This document shows positions 23,820 through 34,800 of a DNA stretch of 35,229 bases, in pieces; positions within the stretch are counted from its first letter, which is position 1; each line of letters opens with the position of its first letter. The notes beneath the pieces are model-generated. The model saw nothing but the letters and a program-made list of their open reading frames with translations. It was not told the DNA's origin and did no database searches. A program made the position numbers and the translations under genes. Origin of the DNA: Reclinomonas americana ATCC 50394 (lineage: Eukaryota); assembly GCA_048213135.1 (NCBI GenBank), contig PS015053.1:100526-135754 (forward strand). Reading direction: 5' to 3'.

Positions 23820-24415
23820 NNNNNNNNNNNNNNNNNNNNNNNNNNNNNNNNNNNNNNNNNNNNNNNNNNNNNNNNNNNNNNNNNNNNNNNNNNNNNNNNN
23901 NNNNNNNNNNNNNNNNNNNNNNNNNNNNNNNNNNNNNNNNNNNNNNNNNNNNNNNNNNNNNNNNNNNNNNNNNNNNNNNNNNNNNNNNNNNNNNNNNNNN
24001 NNNNNNNNNNNNNNNNNNNNNNNNNNNNNNNNNNNNNNNNNNNNNNNNNNNNNNNNNNNNNNNNNNCCCATTTCCCTCACCATCCACGGCAGACGTTCAC
24101 CCACTCTTCGGCTTCGTGTCGGCCAACAAGCGCGACATTTTGTGGCGCCTGGAGGAGTACTCGCTGCCGGAGGTCGTGGCCGTGCACGCGGTGGAGATTC
24201 TGAATGGCGCGCTCGGCGACGGCGGCCTGCAGGACCGCACCGTGCACGACTCGTTCTTCACGGAAGTAGCGCCGGAGTTTGTGGCCGACTGCCGCGAGCT
24301 GGTGGAGGAGCATGAGCGGGAGCTGGACGAGTGTCAGTATCGGCGTGATGCGGCGATTGCGGGGGTGGATGTCAATGTGCAGGCCGAGATGGAGCAGTTG
24401 GAGAATGATTTCGAG
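18804..24415 (+). CDS. Long Pro/Ser/Ala-rich, probably nuclear, protein with a C-terminal Sds3/BRMS1-like coiled coil; partial at both ends
   Basis: Exons 18804-18942, 20516-21243 (between gaps; contains ARKRRRD, NLS-like), 22511-22618, 22990-23018, 23313-23483 and 24093-24415; the last four join in phase. EVAPEFVADCRELVEEHERELDECQYRRDAAIAGVDVNVQAEMEQLENDFE resembles the Sds3-family pattern PEy..l..Le....rl......r......i......e......fe. Linkage across the gaps is inferred. Confidence 0.5.
19893..20216 (-). other. Coding-like contig fragment on the opposite strand, probably a mis-oriented piece of the surrounding + strand gene
   Basis: The - strand frame reads VLNIPSLATRRRPPRNAAPVDT...AEIRRSARRAAA...QQQKQKEQPSDGDTPEKS, with the same low-complexity style as 20516-21243. 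It is bounded by N gaps on both sides. Confidence 0.55.
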
Positions 24416-24525
24416 GTTGGTGGGGAGAAGGGAGAATGAGGGAGGGTGAGGGGAAAGGGGAGAGGGGAGAGGGGAGAGAGAAGAAGACTGAAAGCTTTTA
24501 CATGGAGGAGTGGAGATGCGAAGGC

Positions 24526-24604
<79 letters not shown>

Positions 24605-24731
24605 TANNNNNNNNNNNNNNNNNNNNNNNNNNNNNNNNNNNNNNNNNNNNNNNNNNNNNNNNNNNNNNNNNNNNNNNNNNNNNNNNNNNNNNNNNNNNNN
24701 NNNNNNNNNNNNNNNNNNNNNNNNNNNNNNN

Positions 24732-26674
24732 CTGTCTGTGGAAGGGGAATAAGGGAAAGGGTGAAAGGGGAAGGGAAACAGGGGAAGGGGGACTGAAGGG
24801 AAGGAGAACAAGGGGGTGCGGGGAAGGGAGAAGAGAGAGAGAGAGAGAGAGAAAGACAGAGTCGAAAAGGAGAACAGTGAGAGAGGGTGGGAGAGAGAAA
24901 GGACAGTGGAGTGCGACAGGTAAGCCGACAACAAAAAAGACTGACAAAGACAAGAATCGAGAAGAGATAAAGAGAGAAGGAAGAGGAGTGGGCGCGACAC
25001 ACGTACTGAGAACGACATTGAGTGACAATGATGAGAGGCGAAGGATAAGCCGGCGATCGGGGGAGAGGGAAAGGAGGAAGATCAGGCGTGACGAGAGAAA
25101 CGAGAAGACAGGAGTCAAACGAGAGAGAGAGGAAGAAAAGAGGGGCGACGGTTGTGCTGGCAATCAGCAAGTGAACAAACAAGCGAAGGAGAGCACAACA
25201 GAAAGAAGGAAAGACAAAAAGAACGAGAGAGGAAAGAAAGAAACGAAGACGGATGCCAAGGAGAAGCAGAAAGACAGCAAGAAAGAAACAATCCACAGGT
25301 TCACCAGGGGCCGGAAACCCCAACGGAGAGCGAGTGAAGAGGGGAGAATGACCGGCGAGCGCTCGACAACGCAACGAGAGGGGTAGGATGAATCGCTGAT
25401 CACGAGCAACGTCCAGCAGGTGCCACGAGAAGCCGAGAGGGAACCAGAAGGCTTCGATGTTGGAGGTGCGCTTGAACATTGGGGATTCCTCGTCGACGGT
25501 GATGGTTTCAGCGTCGATGTTGTCGCTGCGGGAAGGGAGGGAAGAGAGAGAGAGAGAGGATGAGTAAGAGACAGCAAGGAAAATAAGAGGTGACGGACAG
25601 AGTGGGCTTACGAACAAGCAGTATGATAGACGTAGAGTACTATCCGTGCCATACTACTATCCATTCTTCTTGTAAAACATCATCAACTTCTCACTCTCTC
25701 AGTGTCTCTCTTCTCGACTATGCATGTTCCGCGACTCAACCAATCTACGATCAAGAGCAAAGCAAAAATCAATGCTGGTCCTCCTCTTTCTCCTCCCACC
25801 GCGTGTCGATAGAGGTGAATGTTGAGAGAAGGAGAGAAACGAGCCGATATACATTCAAAGGGAAAGAGGGATGACAAAGAGTCGGCAAGAGAGAGAGGGA
25901 GAGAGAGAGACAAGAAAGAGAGAGAGAGAGAGGAAGGAAATGAAGGCAGAGAGAATGAACAGGTAGAACCGCAGACACGCTGGGACGAGGAAATCAAGCG
26001 AAAACGAGTGAGTAAGAGAATGCAAAGAGAGAGAGAGAAAAAGCAATGTATCGTGTGTGGCGCGCAGAGACGCACAGGCGGAGAGGGGAAGCGCGAAGAA
26101 TGAATGAGACGAGAAAAAGAGATGGCAAGGCAGAGAGCAGAGAGAGAGAGAGAGAGAGAGAGAGCAGCACGCAGAGACGCACAGGCAGAGTGTGGAAGCG
26201 AAGAAACGATGAGAGGAGAAATAAGATGGCAAGGCAGAGAGGCAGACAATGACCGGATAAAGCGTGAGAAAAGAAAGACACGCAGACAGAGAGTAGAGTC
26301 GCGCGAAAATGAGTGAGAGCGAGAGAAAGAGAGGGCAATGCAAAAGAGGGAGCAACGCAGGAAGACAGAGAGCAAATGAATGAGTCGAGCACACAAATGA
26401 GTGAGAACGAGAGAGAGCGACTGCGAAGGCAGGATATGGAGACAGTTTCAGACAAAGAGCGAGAGTTGACAAACGAGTGAGGACAAGAGAGAGAGAGAGA
26501 GAGCGCGTTGGCAATGCAGAGAGGCAGCGGCCCATGCAGACAGAGAGCAAATGAAAGAGTCAAGCAGACAGATGAGTGAGAAGGAAAGAGAGCAACTGCG
26601 AAGGCAGGGAGACAGAGACAGTTGCAGACAAAGAGCAAGGGTCAAGCTGACAAACGAGTGAGGACGAAAGAGAG

Positions 26675-26705
<31 letters not shown>

Positions 26706-28570
26706 GCAAATGAAAGAGAGCCAAGCAGACAAATGAGTGAGAACGAGAGATGGCAAGGCAGAGACAGAGAGAGCCATTCCCTCTCCCTTTCCCCCTTCCC
26801 CTTCCTTTCCCCCTACCCCTTCCTTCCCCCTTCCCCCTTTCCCTTTTGTTTCCTCACCGCGCCATCTTGCTCTCCTCGGCCCTCAACTCCAAATGCCTCA
26901 CCGACGTCTTCCTCTCCTCCCTCCAATAGTTGCGATACACGGCCACAAAGTGCACATTATCCACGACCACCGTGTGATCCTCATCGCCCAACAACAGCAC
27001 CGTTNNNNNNNNNNNNNNNNNNNNNNNNNNNNNNNNNNNNNNNNNNNNNNNNNNNNNNNNNNNNNNNNNNNNNNNNNNNNNNNNNNNNNNNNNNNNNNNN
27101 NNNNNNNNNNNNNNNNNNNNNNNNNNNNNNNNNNNNNNNNNNNNNNNNNNNNNNNNNNNNNNNNNNNNNNNNNNNNNNNNNNNNNNNNNNNNNNNNNNNN
27201 NNNNNNNNNNNNNNNNNNNNNNNNNNNNNNNNNNNNNNNNNNNNNNNNNNNNAACGAGGCCGCAAGCGCCGGATACTTGCTCTGCAGCTCGCGCAATCGA
27301 CCAATATGCACGGGATAGATGACGAGCAGCGAGCCCGGCAGCACACTGTCCACATCGTACTGCGCCAGCTTGTAATCGAGCACGTGCATCACCAGCGGAC
27401 ACGCGGACACCTCGCCCACGTCTTTCAGCAGCTCCGCCACCCACGACAACTCGCGGATGCGGAACATGTACACGTGAGTCACGCAGGAGCATGACGTGGC
27501 AGGCGCGGGAGGACAGCGTATGGGTGGGGGACGCATCCAGGTGAGTGTGTCGCGCAGGACCTCGCTGCCGTCGGACTTGGGGCCGCCGACAATGGCGGGA
27601 AGGGAGCGCGGGAACGGGGAGGCGAGCCACGTGTCGGAGTGGGCTTGCTCGGCGGAGTTGACGGTGGAGTGGGTGAGGGAGGTGGTGGACCAGGCGCCGG
27701 TGGAGATTGGTTGCCACCAGGAGGTGGAGGGGGGAAGNNNNNNNNNNNNNNNNNNNNNNNNNNNNNNNNNNNNNNNNNNNNNNNNNNNNNNNNNNNNNNN
27801 NNNNNNNNNNNNNNNNNNNNNNNNNNNNNNNNNNNNNNNNNNNNNNNNNNNNNNNNNNNNNNNNNNNNNNNNNNNNNNNNNNNNNNNNNNNNNNNNNNNN
27901 NNNNNNNNNNNNNNNNNNNNNNNNNNNNNNNNNNNNNNNNNNNNNNNNNNNNNNNNNNNNNNNNNNNNNNNNNNNNNNNNNNNNNNNNNNNNNNNNNNNN
28001 NNNNNNNNNNNNNNNNNNNNNNNNNNNNNNNNNNNNNNNNNNNNNNNNNNNNNNNNNNNNNNNNNNNNNNNNNNNNNNNNNNNNNNNNNNNNNNNNNNNN
28101 NNNNNNNNNNNNNNNNNNNNNNNNNNNNNNNNNNNNNNNNNNNNNNNNNNNNNNNNNNNNNNNNNNNNNNNNNNNNNNNNNNNNNNNNNNNNNNNNNNNN
28201 NNNNNNNNNNNNNNNNNNNNNNNNNNNNNNNNNNNNNNNNNNNNNNNNNNNNNNNNNNNNNNNNNNNNNNNNNNNNNNNNNNNNNNNNNNNNNNNNNNNN
28301 NNNNNNNNNNNNNNNNNNNNNNNNNNNNNNNNNNNNNNNNNNNNNNNNNNNNNNNNNNNNNNNNNNNNNNNNNNNNNNNNNNNNNNNNNNNNNNNNNNNN
28401 NNNNNNNNNNNNNNNNNNNNNNNNNNNNNNNNNNNNNNAGAGGAGGAGGATGGGGAGGAGAGGGTGGAGGAGAGGCGGGTGAAGAGGAGGGCGAGCCAGG
28501 CGCCGAGGAGGATCCAGGCGAGGGGGAGGAGGAGGCGGCAGAGGCGGTGGGAGGGGGAGCGGGGGAGCAT
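24732..28570 (-). CDS. Type II membrane glycosyltransferase, exostosin/GT47-like or RXYLT1(TMEM5)-like; C-terminus runs into a gap
   Basis: ATG at 28570 gives MLPRSPSHRLCRLLLPLAWILLGAWLALLF (signal anchor) and a Ser/Pro stem. Further pieces are 27737-27253, 27004-26858, 25525-25376 and an exon starting at 24735. The motifs VLLLGDE, AVYRNYW, FWFPLGFS and LPLSQ follow the order hhhsDE..vfRnYw..fPLGy..P.sqR of this family. Confidence 0.6.
25960..26775. repeat. GA-rich degenerate minisatellite in a glycosyltransferase intron
   Basis: Recurring units such as GACAGAGAGCAAATGAA, GAGATGGCAAGGCAGAGA, ACTGCGAAGGCAGG and TGACAAACGAGTGAGGAC. Confidence 0.75.
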
Positions 28571-28888
28571 TGGCGTGGGGGTGTGGGAGAGGGTGTGTGA
28601 GTGGGACAGAGTGCGAAGTTGGGGTTGTTGTATCGATCGGGGATTGCAAAGGCATCTCGTTGTGTGGAGATGAGCGTTTGTTTGCGCGTCGCACAATTTG
28701 CGTTTTACTGCTAGAGAAGGTCGATGGATGGCGCTGGCCGTCACCGAAAAAACAAAGCAACTTCGGAGCAGATAGTCAAGTGTCACGATCGGATCCGTCT
28801 GTCTTGTTTGTCTGGTTGTTCCGTGGTGTGTTGACAGCTTACTTCTCGCACTGTGTGAGAAACATCAGCGCTTGCGCAACCCTCGAGG

Positions 28889-31800
28889 ATGTGCGGCGTT
28901 GTGTCGGGAATCCTGGCAAAGTGCGTGTGTGATCTGTGCCGTATGTATTGTCGTCAGATAAAACTTCTCACACTCACGCACACTCTGTGATTTTGTGTGT
29001 GGCTGTGCTTGTGCACTGGCAGTGTCTCGTTTGCTCGAGAAAGAGCATCGGATGCTGCGTGGAATGGCGACATGCATGCACTGTTGGATTTGGTTTGTCA
29101 TCTCCAGTGCGAGTTTATCAAAAGCGGTCGCACCGCTTTTTTCATCGCCGCTGGCAAAGGCGATCTCGATACGTTGACGCGTTTGTGGACGGAGAGCGGT
29201 GTCGGCCCACGACTTGCCATGATTCGCAGCGGCAGCGACTGGACGCCTCTAATGGCGGCTGCCGAGAAAGGGCACCTGCATGTGGTGCAGTGGTTGCTGG
29301 CCGATGAGCAACGATGCCCAGCGGAGATGGTACGCGTGGTCAGCAATCACACATCCGTGGAGCCGCAATCCACCGCGCTGCATTTTGCGGCCGCGCAAGG
29401 CCACGAAGCCATTGTGCGACTGTTGGCTCAGTCTTACCCTGAACTTATTCCGATGGTCAACCATAAGGGCCGGACGGCGGCCCAATGGGCGCGTGAAAAG
29501 GGGAAGCAAGACGTGGCAAACTTGCTTGACTGCGATCTGCCGTCACGGCCATCACGACCGCAACCGCCCGCCACGGAGCCATCACAATCACCGCCACCCG
29601 TGCCTCCATCTCCGCCAGCAAGGTATTGAGGGATCTATTCATATATTGTCAGGCCTGCTGCTTCCCGCTTACTTATCTGTATGATGCCGATGGTTGCCGA
29701 TAGTATTCCGTCAAAGAAGGCGTGGGAGCTGGCGAAGGATGGTGATGTTGAAGCGTTGCGCGCGTTGGTGGCCCGCGACGGTGCGTCCACCCTACTGGAG
29801 GTCGATAACCGTGAGAATCGCTGCTCCACGTTTTTTATTGCCGCTCGGAAAGGCCACCTACCCGTTCTGGAGTATTTGTGGTCTGAAAGCGGTGTTGGAA
29901 CACAACTCGCCAAGATGCTCACCAAAAATGGCTGGTCACCTTTGATGACGGCATGTTTCAACGGACATCTTGCAGTTGTGGAATGGTTGCTGGCTGATGA
30001 GCTTCGATGTTCCCCGGAGACGGCATGCGCAGTGCCAGCTGCAGATGACAACAGTCGTTGGACAGTGCTCCATTATGCCGCCTCCAGAGGCCACAGAGAC
30101 GTTGTTCAACTGCTTGCCAATCGCTTTGCCCAGCTTGTTCCCATGGTCGACGACAGTGGTAGGACAGCCGCTCAAGTTGCGCGTGAACGCAGTCAACCTG
30201 CGGTTGCCGTGTTGCTCGAAGGCCTTGCCACACATCCACCAGCCCTTGGTTTGGATGCGGTGAGGCGCAAGTTTCTTGTCCCATGTCTTTTCTTACGTGA
30301 ATTGTTCAAATTCGCCGTGTGTCAACCGTGCGCAGGCTGTCGATATGGACGATGCGATGGCGAGGCGCCTCGCTGAACGTGATGCGATTGTCGCGCAGCT
30401 TCAGCGCGATTTCGCTGCAGTGCAGCAGGAGCGCGAGCAACAGCTGCATGAGTGGGAGAGGCAGCGATTAGAGCTTGAGGTCGATGTGGTTCAGCTTGAG
30501 CGAGCGAACACTGAGCTTCGACAACAACTCAACGCCCAGCTGTACGAGGTGGACGAACTTGGACAGCGAGCTCAGCAGCAGATTGCAGAACTTCGGCAAT
30601 GTGTCGCAGACGAGCGGCAACGGGTCATTCATCTGCAGCAAGCAGTTGCGGAGAGGACAGTCCAACTGGAGCAATCGATATCAAACGCAGAATTCATCGA
30701 ATGCCAACAAGCTCTGGCACGAGAGCGGCAATACGTGGCTCAACTTGAGCGAGCAATCGCAGATGTGCGGCAACTGAGTGCCGATGAGCAGCAGCGATTC
30801 AACCAACTTCGCCATCTCCACGCGGATGGACAGCGGCAAGCAGTTCAACTGGAGGACAAGCTGGCGCAATACGCAGCCCTGCTGACCAACGCTGAGCGCG
30901 AGAAGGGCGCACTTGCCACTGTACTGACTACAGTGCGCCAGCAGCTGGAAGACGAAAAAGCCGCTAAAGGTTTGTTGCTATTATCATACATGGTTTGTCG
31001 GTCGCTGCTCCACACGCGAATTCCAATTTCTCGCGGTCTCCCTTTCTCTCTCTCTCTCTCTCTCCTCCCCCCCCCCTCTCCGTACGTCGTACGTACGTAC
31101 CGTACCGTACCGTACCGTACCGGTACCGGTACCGTACCGTACCGTACCGGTACCGTACCGTACGTACCGTACNNNNNNNNNNNNNNNNNNNNNNNNNNNN
31201 NNNNNNNNNNNNNNNNNNNNNNNNNNNNNNNNNNNNNNNNNNNNNNNNNNNNNNNNNNNNNNNNNNNNNNNNNNNNNNNNNNNNNNNNNNNNNNNNNNNN
31301 NNNNNNNNNNNNNNNNNNNNNNNNNNNNNNNNNNNNNNNNNNNNNNNNNNNNNNNNNNNNNNNNNNNNNNNNNNNNNNNNNNNNNNNNNNNNNNNNNNNN
31401 NNNNNNNNNNNNNNNNNNNNNNNNNNNNNNNNNNNNNNNNNNNNNNNNNNNNNNNNNNNNNNNNNNNNNNNNNNNNNNNNNNNNNNNNNNNNNNNNNNNN
31501 NNNNNNNNNNNNNNNNNNNNNNNNNNNNNNNNNNNNNNNNNNNNNNNNNNNNNNNNNNNNNNNNNNNNNNNNNNNNNNNNNNNNNNNNNNNNNNNNNNNN
31601 NNNNNNNNNNNNNNNNNNNNNNNNNNNNNNNNNNNNNNNNNNNNNNNNNNNNNNNNNNNNNNNNNNNNNNNNNNNNNNNNNNNNNNNNNNNNNNNNNNNN
31701 NNNNNNNNNNNNNNNNNNNNNNNNNNNNNNNNNNNNNNNNNNNNNNNNNNNNNNNNNNNNNNNNNNNNNNNNNNNNNNNNNNNNNNNNNNNNNNNNNNNN

Positions 31801-34800
31801 NNNNNNNNNNNNNNNNNNNNNNNNNNNNNNNNNNNNNNNNNNNNNNNNNNNNNNNNNNNNNNNNNNNNNNNNNNNNNNNNNNNNNNNNNNNNNNNNNNNN
31901 NNNNNNNNNNNNNNNNNNNNNNNNNNNNNNNNNNNNNNNNNNNNNNNNNNNNNGGTTTTGGTTCCGGTTCGGTCGTCGTCCTCCACCACGACGTACTACT
32001 ACTTCTCGCGTCTCTCTCTCTCTCTCTCTCTCTCTCCTCCCCTCCCCCCCCCCCCCCCCCTCCCCTCCTCTCTCTCTTCTTGTTCCCTAATCTCTGTCGA
32101 CATATGTCTCATTTCAAAAAACTGCACTCCAGATGATGCTATTGCTGCGTGTGCCCGACTCTCGCGGCAGCTTGCAGTCGCCAGTTGCGAGTCCACTAGA
32201 ACCAGTTGTCAACGGCACTCTGCTTTCGCATGCCTTGCAGCCGCCCAGCGCGCCTCCGACACGCTCACAGCCGATCAGGATCATGAGCTGCCATCCAGTA
32301 GCACCAAGGCCGACCATCTGCAACAAGAATTGGCTGACGACGAGCGTGCTACTGATCTCGCTGCGAAGCTTCGAGCGCAGCTTTCCGTTGCTGTGATGGA
32401 ATGCGACAAGTTGCGACACCGACTCTCCGAGATGGAGTGCCATCTGCGTGGTCTATTCCGCAAGGATTTTCTAAGGTATTCATCAAGCAAAGTCTATGTT
32501 CAATTCTAGTGTTTGTATTTCTTACTCTCGCCGGACTCACAGCGATCGGCGTCGAATTTGGTTGCTTAGCGAAGTCGTACACGAAATCATTCCCCGCGCA
32601 CTAGGCGCCCTCTTGCGACAACTCGTCGCTGAGTTCTTCCCTGGAGAATTCGACATAGAGCAACTCTGCCTTCCCTCTCCACCACAGAGGTACCGAAATA
32701 TTGACTGATTGCCTGCACGTACTGTGTTTACTGTACTCAGCCTGTCTCGCAGATATTGTAGGATGACTCTTGACAAGCGCGGCAATATTCGGATGCGTTC
32801 GGTCGAGCTTTTCCCTTCCAACTACGACGCGATTCGCAAGTTCAAGCAAACTGATAAGACAGCAGACATGGACGTGACTCTTGTGAGCACTCTGCTGTTG
32901 TACATCACCTTTGTGCCTGTCGCCGCGTGTCGTGAGGACGACTTGCTGGAGACTGCCGTCCGTCTTGATCTCGCCACCAGCGAGGATCGGCTGGCTGTGC
33001 CGCTGCTCGCCGACGTCTCCAAGGTATGCTTTCCCCCTACATTGACACCCGTTACTTGAGGTTGCCTAGTTGTTGTCGTCGTATCACAGTTCTCACTTCA
33101 AGGGCTTTGCAGATACAAGCCGTGAAACATTTGCGCGATGTGCGCCATCGCCTGTCCCACTTGGCCCGTGTTTCCTCCCTCGATGATCTGGAGTATTTGA
33201 ACGTCATGCGCCTGGTCCGCGACTCGCTGGATATGCTGTTCCCCAGCGGCCATGGCAGTATTCGTCGGTTGTTCGAAGCATATGACAGTTGCGCACACGT
33301 ATTTCCTGCTCAATTCTTGGGGATACTGCCTTATTTGTCGACGCAGTTGTCAGCAGCATTGATGTGACGGCTGAGATGCTAAAGGCAAAAGCCGAGAGAT
33401 TCGAAATTCATGCGCCTGTTGTGCGTTTTTCTGACCTGGTGGTTTCAAAACAGCTTGCCGTCGGTGAGTTCTTTTTTTCGCACAAATGTCGGGTGTCTTG
33501 TGGTGTGTGCGTCGAGCAGTTGCTGAAAGCAACTGTACAGTTGTCTTCCGCGCCACTCTCAATCTTGGCGGTGTGTCGCGGGTCGTCGCATACAAACGAT
33601 ACATGGTCCGATCTCCGAAACCAGAAGAGGTTCTCCGAACGCAACTAGTGTGTGACAACGAACGCTCGCTACTGGTGCAACTCGAGTTGCGTGCTCCCCC
33701 GTCTGTATGTGCGGCTTATCTGCCACTCATGCATGTTCATGCACACAGTCACACACACATTGTGAAACTTCTAGCTGTGTGCAACGATGATCCAAGTGGT
33801 CTGGGCCTGGTTCTTGAATACGTGGGTCAGGAAGGTGAAGAAGGGCATGCCGAGACGTTGCACGACCTGGTGAAGGACGACCGCGTTGCAACTGAACATC
33901 TGCTCGGTCTTCTCGAACACGTGGCAACAGCGGTGGTGTACACGCATTCACGGCGAGTTATTCATCGCGATCTCAAACCAGAAAGTTGCGTGGCATGCGT
34001 GCTCTGTTGGTGAATACGTGATACAATGGAGATCTAGATTGAGAAGGGGCACGGTGAAGAGTTAATGGTCACGAATTCGAAAGATTATACACCGTCGTCG
34101 AAACTCATGCTGTTCATGTGTATGTCATCGTTGGTGTTTCCAGACGTTTTGATCAGCGATGACCGACTCACTGCAAAACTGTGCGACTTCGGGGAGGCTA
34201 GAAATCATGGCACTCTCGGCAAGATGCAGTCGAACCTCGGAACACCTGCATATGCTGCACCCGAACTCATTCTGGGCCAAGAGGTGTGTGTGCGCGCACG
34301 CGCCGCAGCGTCGTTGACTGACTGTGTCGGTTGAACGGGTTTCCTCATGCTCTCACTGCCACTCGCAGTACGACGAACGTGCTGATGTTTATGGACTCGG
34401 CTCCCTGCTCTGGTTCATCGCCACTCGCCGCGAACCGTTCTCAGGAGTCGCACTGTTGGACATAAAGGAGAAGATTAGAGACAAAGTTCCGCCGGGCAAT
34501 CTGGACGACGCCGCCGTGCGGGCAGCCGTTCCTGAAGACATTCGCAATCTGATTCGACAGTGCTGGGTTGCGTGTGGTAGAAACGGAGGAAAGACACGGA
34601 GGAAATGAGGTATGCTCATCATGTGATGTATCGATGCAGAGGCCTCAAGCGACGCGAGTATCAGCATCGTACGTTCTCAACGAATTGAGGCGATTGGCGA
34701 CAGTGGCGGCACCTCCAGCCGCAGTTGCTGTTGGGGCGCCTGCTGTTGGCGCAGTCAATGCGATAGGTGCGGAAGGATCAGTTGTTATCGTTGAGCCGCA

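Noticed and set aside
28997-30376. Two separate ankyrin genes, as in the ORF track
   Set aside because: AG|GTATTG at 29623 precedes the stop and joins in frame to acceptor 29703 (or 29652). The second block splices on to the coiled-coil exon.
31081-31172. Palindromic (CGTAC/CCGTA)n array next to a gap; similar text at 16495-16528 and 31954-32005
   Set aside because: It follows the TACG cycle typical of pyrosequencing read-end noise. The sequence at 31954-32040 looks like a noisy re-read of 30992-31080, so the gap is probably an unmerged overlap. The flanking exons already join in phase.
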